A DNA stretch of 64,000 nucleotides, taken from positions 67,455-131,454 of the IMG/VR virus record IMGVR_UViG_3300034155_000027; one strand, given 5' to 3'. The stretch comes from a virus (Duplodnaviria; Caudoviricetes). Each line of letters begins with the position of its first letter. The stretch's first letter is position 1. The notes beneath the pieces were generated by a model. The model saw only the letters and a list, made by a program, of their open reading frames with translations. It had not been told where the DNA came from and searched no databases. The position numbers and the translations under genes are program-made. Shown here piece after piece: positions 57,203-64,000 of the stretch.

Positions 57203-57268
57203 CACAACTCACACAACGATCACAATAGGAGGAACTCTTCTGATTCTAACATATCAAAACAAATATCA

Positions 57269-58057
57269 TTAGGCTGCCGGTGTTTCTTCTGGCACGGTAT
57301 CGTTTTCTGCACCGGCTTGTGCTGGGAAGGCATAATCATCTTCTTCAGGCGCTGCCAAAGACCCTTCTCCTTTAGCGGATTCTTCTGCATTTTTGTCTAC
57401 AGGTTTTCCATCCCAACCAAGATCCATTAAACGCTTAACAACAGTTTCACGTTTAGGACAAATAATCTGTCTCTGTACTATTTTCTCCAAACCTTCATCT
57501 CCACCACAATCAGCAATTAATGCTAAATCTTCTGCTGATAATGGTTCAGTATCTCCAGCTACTACAGAATAAAATCCTGCAGGCTTATCTGATTTTGGAT
57601 TAAATTTTACAGAAATATCAAAACCATTTGGCTGAATCGGTGGCTTGCCTTTCTTTACCAAAGAAGCATTTTTTGCTTCAAGTGAATTTTCAACACCTTC
57701 TGCAACAGAGGATGCCATATCGAAAAGCTTAAGAGAATTATCAGCTCTATCAATTACAACAACCATAAACCTTGGTTGCGGTTTAATTCCAAGATCATTT
57801 TTTACAGGACAATCATCATATGTAGGATAAGATGTACGAACACGATCTCCATATGGTTTCTTGGATGTTGGGCTCTTATATCGAGCCTGATAATACTGTC
57901 CAGGATTTGTTACAATCCTCATTTCATTTAGGCCTGGGTTCAACTTAAGAAAACTTAAACGCTTTGTATCATCGTTATCGTAATTATTTCTCTTTTGAGT
58001 TGTGGTGCCCCAGGGTTTAATGCCAATACTTGCTACTGTTTGATTATTATTACTCAT
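57269..58057 (-). CDS. Single-stranded DNA-binding protein (phage gp32-like)
   Basis: FLKL.PG.N..RIV, VIDR, GFDI.V, YSV, acidic C-tail with DDYAF; near recA. Confidence 0.65.
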   Translation of the reverse strand: MSNNNQTVASIGIKPWGTTTQKRNNYDNDDTKRLSFLKLNPGLNEMRIVTNPGQYYQARYKSPTSKKPYGDRVRTSYPTYDDCPVKNDLGIKPQPRFMVVVIDRADNSLKLFDMASSVAEGVENSLEAKNASLVKKGKPPIQPNGFDISVKFNPKSDKPAGFYSVVAGDTEPLSAEDLALIADCGGDEGLEKIVQRQIICPKRETVVKRLMDLGWDGKPVDKNAEESAKGEGSLAAPEEDDYAFPAQAGAENDTVPEETPAA

Positions 58058-58058
58058 T

Positions 58059-58364
58059 TTATTTTTTTCCTTGTGGAATTTTATAGGTTACATGATCCAT
58101 ACGAACTATTTTCTGCCACGGAATCTTTCTACTAATTTCTGTCAATTCCGTTTTGGTATTTATTACTGCGTATGGGTCTTTTGTTAATTGTTCAGCTTTT
58201 GTTTTTAAGGGTAACAAAAAACCTCTAAATTCTAAATAATATCCAGTTTCTTGGACTTCTTGAGCCATATAATACTGAATATTACCCTTAATTGTAGAAT
58301 CTTCTGCTACTATTAAGTATGTCGGTTTAATAGCAGATCTATCAACTATTTTTATTTCTACCAT
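58059..58364 (-). CDS. Hypothetical protein
   Basis: 101-aa ORF. Confidence 0.7.
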   Translation of the reverse strand: MVEIKIVDRSAIKPTYLIVAEDSTIKGNIQYYMAQEVQETGYYLEFRGFLLPLKTKAEQLTKDPYAVINTKTELTEISRKIPWQKIVRMDHVTYKIPQGKK

Positions 58365-58366
58365 TT

Positions 58367-59341
58367 TTAATCATCCTCAAGATCTTCTAAACCTTCAATC
58401 TCGCTCGACTTTTTCTTAATCTCAGTTGCTAATTCTATACCATTAGCATTTACAACTAATTCTAATTCTGCAATACAATCATCACCACCAAATAAATGGT
58501 TTTTCTTAACTCTAGCTATTGTAGAAATTCCATACTTGATTTTTTGCTTATTCCTTACACAAGTAAGTGCCGTCTTCCTCGACATTTCTAAAATAAGAGA
58601 ACTTAGATATTCAAGTTCTGCTCCACCTTTTTGTTGATATCCAGACTTCATAAAACCAATTTTTGCATATACTTGGTTAATACAAAGAACAGCAATAGTA
58701 TAACTACCATTATCATCTCTGAATTTTTCAATTAATTGATTAAATCTTCTAATTGCCCAAGATACTTCTTTTGCCGTAACACCAGGCTGTTTAGAATAAT
58801 CATCATTCTCTTCATCTTCAGCAGAGTTAATTGAAGACCCAACAGAATCCCATACAATCAAAATCTTTTGATTAGGATCCATTTCTTTAATTGTACGAAC
58901 ATAATTAACTACTTGAGCAACTCCTTCAAGTATATTACGAGAAGTAGCTACTGGAATTTGTTTAGGATCTCCACCCATTCTCTCTAGGAAACGCTTTGAA
59001 TCAAACTTTCCTTCAGCATCCCATAAAATAACCAAAGTATCTTGAAGCTGAGCGGCTTTCATGGCCATCATAGCCATGGTTGATTTTCCACTATCTGGTT
59101 GTCCTGCAATTTGAATGATACGACCAAAAGGATATCCCATAATTCCAGTTAATGGTTTCCAGAATTTGTTAATTTCTTCAGATATAATATAATCTTCTGG
59201 ATTTAAAGATAATGTAATTTGATCACCAGTCTTAAGACGTTCAGCTAAAGCAGCATTTTTTTTACCAAATCTTTCCTTGGCTTTTTCGACTAGTTCTTCT
59301 ACATTTATTTTTTTATGTTCTGTTGGTTTAATTTTAGGCAT
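58367..59341 (-). CDS. recA: RecA/UvsX-like recombinase
   Basis: GYPFGRIIQIAGQPDSGKST, DAEGK, IVWDSV, CINQ, GGAELEY, KNH. Confidence 0.92.
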   Translation of the reverse strand: MPKIKPTEHKKINVEELVEKAKERFGKKNAALAERLKTGDQITLSLNPEDYIISEEINKFWKPLTGIMGYPFGRIIQIAGQPDSGKSTMAMMAMKAAQLQDTLVILWDAEGKFDSKRFLERMGGDPKQIPVATSRNILEGVAQVVNYVRTIKEMDPNQKILIVWDSVGSSINSAEDEENDDYSKQPGVTAKEVSWAIRRFNQLIEKFRDDNGSYTIAVLCINQVYAKIGFMKSGYQQKGGAELEYLSSLILEMSRKTALTCVRNKQKIKYGISTIARVKKNHLFGGDDCIAELELVVNANGIELATEIKKKSSEIEGLEDLEDD

Positions 59342-59786
59342 TCGGATTCCTTATTTTAATTGATCTGAAAGTAAGATGAGCTTCTTTTAATAAACCATGA
59401 ATATTTGAAAGATATTTATAATCTCTCTCTGCGGTTATTTGTTCTTGTGAAAGACGTTGAACTTCAGGATCCATAGTTGCTATATTATCCGCAGCAGAAT
59501 CAGTAACTTTCTTTCCATCAATTAAAGTTCGTTTACTTGTTGCATAAGCAGACGCTCGAGCAAAATCTATATCTCGTTTTAAAGCTCTTGCTTGCAAATC
59601 TGCAGATGCTAATGTTTTAAGTAACGCTGCTTGAGCTAAAAGACACAAAGCCGCTTTTGCTGTTGCTTCATCTTCATCAAATAACCCTTTGTGTAAACCA
59701 TCCAAATCTGATAAGACTTGATGATATTTATCTTCAAAATTATTTGTTAAAGCATCAATTTCTTCTTTTGTTAATTTTTCTGACAT
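59334..59786 (-). CDS. UvsY-like recombination mediator
   Basis: Helical, KKVTDSAA...DPEV..L....AER pattern, directly upstream of recA. Confidence 0.5.
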   Translation of the reverse strand: MSEKLTKEEIDALTNNFEDKYHQVLSDLDGLHKGLFDEDEATAKAALCLLAQAALLKTLASADLQARALKRDIDFARASAYATSKRTLIDGKKVTDSAADNIATMDPEVQRLSQEQITAERDYKYLSNIHGLLKEAHLTFRSIKIRNPNA

Positions 59787-59830
59787 GATTGTTATACTTT
59801 CTTCAATGATGAATCTCGACAAAGATTGAT

Positions 59831-60118
59831 TTAATCAACAAAATCTAAATTCTTTAATTTTATTTTATTACATGCTTCTATTAGTATTAATCTTGCTTCT
59901 TTTAATTCTTGTTTCCAAGGATTTGAAATGATTAAAGCACTTAAAAATATTGATAATGGAAAATTTTCTACAGCTATTTTTCTTATTAAATCATCAGCTG
60001 ATGTGAAATCTTTTTCTAAAAGAAAATCATCCAAATTATCATAAACAATATCAACTGCTAAAGATCTTTTAATTAATAATGCTTCTTTTATTTGAGTAAC
60101 AATATTATTCTTTTTCAT
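59831..60118 (-). CDS. Hypothetical protein
   Basis: Start moved to MKKNN. Confidence 0.6.
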   Translation of the reverse strand: MKKNNIVTQIKEALLIKRSLAVDIVYDNLDDFLLEKDFTSADDLIRKIAVENFPLSIFLSALIISNPWKQELKEARLILIEACNKIKLKNLDFVD

Positions 60119-60509
60119 GTTCTGGAAAATCAAGCTTTGGAGAAGTAATAACATTTTTAAGATTACTAGATATTTTATCTTCTAAATATAGTTTTTCATC
60201 TTCGGTTAATAAAGTTGAAAAACTTGCATTTAAATACCAATTACGATTTCCAGAAATATAAAACATATACTGAAATTTATTATGTGGGTTTGTAAAAATT
60301 GTAAATTTTTTATATAGTTTAATTTCCCAAGTATTGCTTGATTCTGCTATATTGATAATTTCTTGAGATATAATAGGTTCTTTATTAATTATAAATTCTT
60401 TATTTTCTTTATTTGATTTTGTCTTTTTCTTAAGATATATTTTCCAAAAAGACAAACATACTACAGTAAGCAGAATTCCAATACCAATATTTAAATAAAA
60501 ATCTAACAT
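60105..60509 (-). CDS. Membrane-anchored hypothetical protein
   Basis: N-terminal hydrophobic helix followed by a Lys cluster. Confidence 0.65.
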   Translation of the reverse strand: MLDFYLNIGIGILLTVVCLSFWKIYLKKKTKSNKENKEFIINKEPIISQEIINIAESSNTWEIKLYKKFTIFTNPHNKFQYMFYISGNRNWYLNASFSTLLTEDEKLYLEDKISSNLKNVITSPKLDFPEHEKE

Positions 60510-60928
60510 TACTCATCGTCCTTTTCTGGATGATACCCATCCAGTGGTTTATTTATATTTTGTAATTGTTCTTCTAATGATTTTTTTAAAACATCAATTT
60601 CTTTTAATTGTTCTTGATATTTTAAAGAAGCTTCAGAAATTAAAGATTTAATTTGGTTTTGAGAAATCCTTAATTGTTGATTAACCATAATACTAATTAA
60701 AAAAGTAAATACTTCCATCGAAGAATATTTTTTATGAGGAGGTTTTACAAATATAATAATACCCTCATCATTTACTTCAAAATGATCTTGAAATAAATCA
60801 GATCCTTTAAAATTTGGTTTATCATAACCTTTACAAATCTCATCATAAAAACTATACTCATCATCTGTAATAAGTACTTTTTTATGATCTATTATCCTAA
60901 TTGTTGTTTGAATCTCTCGTTTTGCCAT
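60509..60928 (-). CDS. Hypothetical protein with C-terminal coiled coil
   Basis: 139-aa ORF coupled to its neighbours. Confidence 0.7.
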   Translation of the reverse strand: MAKREIQTTIRIIDHKKVLITDDEYSFYDEICKGYDKPNFKGSDLFQDHFEVNDEGIIIFVKPPHKKYSSMEVFTFLISIMVNQQLRISQNQIKSLISEASLKYQEQLKEIDVLKKSLEEQLQNINKPLDGYHPEKDDE

Positions 60929-61366
60929 TTATTTTTTAAGTCTTTTATTTGAAAAAGCACCAATATTATTTTTAAAATTATCTAATGATTTTTGTTTCTT
61001 CTGTTCTATTGTTACCATATTATTTAATTTAGCTTCTGCTCTATTAGTTAAATGATATAAATCATCTTTAATTATTTCTTCTAAATTGTCACCAATCGGT
61101 AAGTCTCTATAATTTTCAAATATAGTTACTTTATCCATATGAGTATAAAATTCTTGTTTATCTTCTTCAGTTACAGGACAACCATCAGAACAAATCATTT
61201 TTAATTCTAAAAGCGCTTTGATATCTTCTTCTTTATTTGTTAAATCTTCACTCGAATCATCGAAGGAAACAGTTTGAAATGTATCTGTAATTTTAGATAG
61301 CTCTAATAATCTATCAGAATTTCCTAAAAGATATTCTGAATTTGCTAACTTTTGTAATTTTTCCAT
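60929..61366 (-). CDS. Acidic hypothetical protein
   Basis: C-terminal tail similar to those of the two upstream genes. Confidence 0.7.
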   Translation of the reverse strand: MEKLQKLANSEYLLGNSDRLLELSKITDTFQTVSFDDSSEDLTNKEEDIKALLELKMICSDGCPVTEEDKQEFYTHMDKVTIFENYRDLPIGDNLEEIIKDDLYHLTNRAEAKLNNMVTIEQKKQKSLDNFKNNIGAFSNKRLKK

Positions 61367-61384
61367 ATTTTAAAAACCTATAAA

Positions 61385-61612
61385 TTAAGGTGCTCTTTTA
61401 AAACCACCTCGACCACTACTTAAACCTTCGGCTGATTTTTCTCTTTTAATATCTAAAGTTCTTAATGCTGAACTAATTTTTCTTTCTTCTTGATTTTTAT
61501 AATCACTAACAACTGATTCTAATTCATTATCAGAAATTCCTTTACTAGCCAATTCTTCTAATTCAATTAAAGCTTCTTTATCACTATTGTTTTGCCCAAC
61601 TCTCGTAAACAT
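61385..61612 (-). CDS. Small hypothetical protein
   Basis: AGGAG RBS; ends SSGRGGFKRAP. Confidence 0.7.
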   Translation of the reverse strand: MFTRVGQNNSDKEALIELEELASKGISDNELESVVSDYKNQEERKISSALRTLDIKREKSAEGLSSGRGGFKRAP

Positions 61613-61646
61613 AATTTTCTCCTATATTGTTACCAAAGAATTTGAT

Positions 61647-62420
61647 TTATCTTCTAAATGCTCCGCCACTACTACTAATTGCATCTTGTGATTTTGCTTT
61701 TTTAAATCTTTCCCTTTGTAAAATTGCTCTTCCTTCTGCTGTGGTTTCTAAAGATTTTTCATAATCTGTTAACGTATCAGGTGTTGTATTTAATAAATTT
61801 CTTACCTCAGACGGATCTATTGCCTGAGATAAATCTGTCATTTTACCACCCTTACTAACAACACTTCCTGGTTTTTCAGCAAATGGATCAACTCCTGATC
61901 TTTGCAATTCTTCATATGCCTTTATATCATCTTTATCTAATGGGGCTTCATCATCCTCTTCCTCTATTGTGCTTAAAGGATCATCTCCATAAGGATCTGT
62001 CACACCCTGTATAGCTGCTGCCATTTTTGCAAATTTATCACCTTTTGCACCTTTGAATTTCTTAGCTAATTTTTCACTCTTCGCAGCTATTTCTGAAGCT
62101 TCTCCTCGTTTCATAAATTGATTATATGTAGGATCCATTTTCATTTGACTTTCATCAAAATTAGATTGAGATCCTCCTTTACGATAGAATTTTTCTGTTG
62201 GAATTCCATCACCCATTTTTTGGAAACGATAATTAGATACTAACCACCCAGCTATACCTTGAGGATCATTGGGCATTTTCTCTAATGCCGAAGATAAATC
62301 TTCTATTAATGTTTTGGTTTCATCATTATATATAGTATCAGCACACGCCGGACAAGTATTGTTTTGAATCGCTGCTATATAACAAGGTAAAATATCAGCA
62401 CCACAATGCATACATCTCAT
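61647..62420 (-). CDS. Zinc-ribbon hypothetical protein
   Basis: MRCMHC...CPAC; AGGAG RBS; ends SSSGGAFRR. Confidence 0.75.
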   Translation of the reverse strand: MRCMHCGADILPCYIAAIQNNTCPACADTIYNDETKTLIEDLSSALEKMPNDPQGIAGWLVSNYRFQKMGDGIPTEKFYRKGGSQSNFDESQMKMDPTYNQFMKRGEASEIAAKSEKLAKKFKGAKGDKFAKMAAAIQGVTDPYGDDPLSTIEEEDDEAPLDKDDIKAYEELQRSGVDPFAEKPGSVVSKGGKMTDLSQAIDPSEVRNLLNTTPDTLTDYEKSLETTAEGRAILQRERFKKAKSQDAISSSGGAFRR

Positions 62421-62467
62421 AAAACTCCTAAAATTAAATAATTCTTTGGTAAAAACAAAACCAAATA

Positions 62468-63907
62468 TTAGTCTTCAGATTCAATATTATCCATTCCTTC
62501 ATCTAATATTTCTTCTTCTAATCGTTCAAACAATTCTTCTTTTGTTAATTCTTCTACTTCTTCAGGTTTTACTTTTTTACCCCTAGGCATTTTTACTTTT
62601 TTAGATTTTCTATCATCAGGTAACCTAGGTGCTGCCTTATAATCTAATATATCACTTAATACAAAAGATGTGGCATGATCATTTTCCCATTGAAATGAAG
62701 CAAGAAATCTAATAGCTAATGTTGGCTCTACTTTTTGCTTTCCTCCAGACAATTCTTTCTCTATCCTTGTCTTCATCGCTGCCCATGCCTCAGGAAAACA
62801 TAATAATCCAGATTCATCTCCCCATGGATCTATTATCGTTATTCTTGCCATCTCTTGCCCAAATATTGGTGAATCTTCCTTCTTAACAGTAAATACAAAC
62901 ATATTTGTTATTATTGCTTCTAATGGCCTTATTTTATAATTCCCTAAATAATAAGTGTTTGCCTTTCGGTTCTTCCTCTCATCTTCATCCTTTTGTTCAT
63001 ATGGAAACATTTCAGCCAGAGCGGAAAATGGAACTGATTTATTTTTATCAAAGAAATTAGGATATCTTGAAAAATTATCCCCAGATAAACCTTCTCCTAA
63101 ATAAAATTCCTCAAATGCATATAACTCTTGTATACTCCACGGCTTTTCTTCAGGAAATGGATAATTAAATGTAGCCAAATGTTCATTAACCCTTTCTTTT
63201 GGTGGCTCAGGAATAATTTGTTTAATCTTTTCAGAGTTTACATAATAATCTTCAACAGTATCTTTCTTTTTAGTAAACCCATTTTGTTTAGCCCATTCTT
63301 TTTCCCAAAGTTTTTCTAACTTATTTATATGGGCTTTTAACTTTGCCCTATAATCAGAAGCATATAAAAACATTAATTTACGATCAATTCCAAATTCATC
63401 TAAACTACCAGAAGCAGCCATAGCTTGAATTGCTTGTGCTCTTAATTTTGTTGGGGTTGTACGATATAATAAATCTTGGAAAGATGTAAATGGTCGCTTT
63501 TCAATAATTTCAGGAATAGCATCATTTGAACTTACATATTTCAAAGAATCTAAACCAGTCATAAGTGTATGATCATCTACAATTTTCCAAGATAATTCTG
63601 ATGTATTAATTGCAGGAGGAACAATTTTAACATTATGAGCACGAATTTCAGATTTTATTTTAGATATGTTTTCTTTTGCTACTTTTGCATTGGATGATAC
63701 TTCAGATATTAAATTTGCTACCAAAAATTCAATTGGGAAGTGTGTCTTAAGGTATGAAGTAACGTATGATGTCATAGAATACAAAATAGAATGCGAATTA
63801 CTAGTTAGCATACCATTTGCTAAATAATATTGATGATCTGGATGATTAACTTCAAGGTCCCGAGTATAATATTTGCCAATAGGTTTTACAGAAATTATAT
63901 TACTCAT
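62468..63907 (-). CDS. dnaE: DNA polymerase III alpha, C-terminal half, preceded by a split-intein C-fragment
   Basis: SHSILYS...YLKTHFPIEF, PPAINTS, GLDSLKYV, RPFTSFQD, SGSLD, EEFYLG and an OB-fold MARITIIDPWG. ATG 63907 has a GGAG RBS; in-frame TGA at 63953-63955. Confidence 0.9.
   Translation of the reverse strand: MSNIISVKPIGKYYTRDLEVNHPDHQYYLANGMLTSNSHSILYSMTSYVTSYLKTHFPIEFLVANLISEVSSNAKVAKENISKIKSEIRAHNVKIVPPAINTSELSWKIVDDHTLMTGLDSLKYVSSNDAIPEIIEKRPFTSFQDLLYRTTPTKLRAQAIQAMAASGSLDEFGIDRKLMFLYASDYRAKLKAHINKLEKLWEKEWAKQNGFTKKKDTVEDYYVNSEKIKQIIPEPPKERVNEHLATFNYPFPEEKPWSIQELYAFEEFYLGEGLSGDNFSRYPNFFDKNKSVPFSALAEMFPYEQKDEDERKNRKANTYYLGNYKIRPLEAIITNMFVFTVKKEDSPIFGQEMARITIIDPWGDESGLLCFPEAWAAMKTRIEKELSGGKQKVEPTLAIRFLASFQWENDHATSFVLSDILDYKAAPRLPDDRKSKKVKMPRGKKVKPEEVEELTKEELFERLEEEILDEGMDNIESED
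63797..63907 (-). mobile_element. 37-aa split intein C-fragment (IntC)
   Basis: MSNIISVKPIGKYYTRDLEVNHPDHQYYLANGMLTSN followed by Ser+1; intein blocks F and G only. Confidence 0.85.
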
Positions 63908-64000
63908 TTTTAAACTCCAATACATAAATAAGATTTGGGCACGAATCAATTCTCAACAATCCTAATTCATTTACAAACTCTTTTTCCGATTTTCCTGGAG
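63900..64000 (-). CDS. 3' end of an upstream ORF, probably a free-standing homing endonuclease
   Basis: PGKSEKEFVNELGLLRIDSCPNLIYVLEFKNE*, resembling the C-terminal TE.E.M...G..RI.DCG...Y tail of phage Hef/Vsr-like endonucleases; overlaps the dnaE-c start. Confidence 0.5.
   Translation of the reverse strand, partial: PGKSEKEFVNELGLLRIDSCPNLIYVLEFKNE

Larger units (their letters stand above)
290..62452. repeat. Dispersed 11-bp element TTACCAAAGAA (extended consensus TATRTTKTTACCAAAGAAWT), both orientations
   Basis: Plus orientation: 321, 7906, 17044, 18777, 20625, 25115, 32355, 32703, 33735, 36903, 39339, 41065, 43102, 50298, 57655, 61630. Reverse: 290, 9316, 11468, 23145, 43660, 62442. Confidence 0.92.

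Noticed and set aside
290-62452. TTACCAAAGAA copies as a CRISPR array or true Tus/Ter sites
   Set aside because: Spacing is irregular and kb-scale with no spacers or cas genes. The Ter resemblance is partial, orientations are mixed and no tus-like gene is seen.
5132-63319. Numerous short plus-strand ORFs in the track (e.g. 5132, 14388, 26535, 48689, 57645)
   Set aside because: They are antisense shadows of well-supported minus-strand genes, with no RBS or recognisable motifs.
1-64000. Alternative genetic code (stop-codon reassignment) or tRNA genes
   Set aside because: Code 11 gives dense, full-length genes, and I recognised no cloverleaf or T-loop pattern in the intergenic gaps.

Overview
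AT-rich, gene-dense fragment of a jumbo tailed-phage (Caudoviricetes) genome, almost all coded on the minus strand with the standard code. In transcription order (right to left) it has four parts. (i) A replication/recombination block: DnaE-type Pol III alpha C-half carrying a split-intein C-fragment, UvsY-like, RecA, SSB-like, RuvC-like, DnaJ, primase core and a sigma-r4/HTH protein. (ii) A ~38 kb head-morphogenesis block: a CCA/poly(A)-type nucleotidyltransferase, gp25-like protein, GpA-type large terminase, portal, an intein-containing prohead protease/scaffold, ~20 uncharacterised probable head proteins, two decoration-like paralogs and the major capsid protein. (iii) An accessory block: homing endonucleases, fibre-like proteins, glycosyltransferase, methyltransferase-like protein, NifS, Csp and a LamG-SGNH protein. 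(iv) A neck-like paralog cluster with a plus-strand papain-like peptidase/lipoprotein pair. The main unexplained signals are a shared helix-Gly-helix module plus phi-x-K-x-A motif across the head-block proteins (candidate packaging tag and maturation site), a dispersed TTACCAAAGAA element (22 perfect copies found by eye), a fractured dnaE gene with a naturally split intein, a U-UUU-UUA -1 frameshift candidate, and an orphan IscB omegaRNA-like remnant. All calls come from motif recognition by eye; no database searches were run. Where I moved a start codon from the ORF track, the evidence says so.
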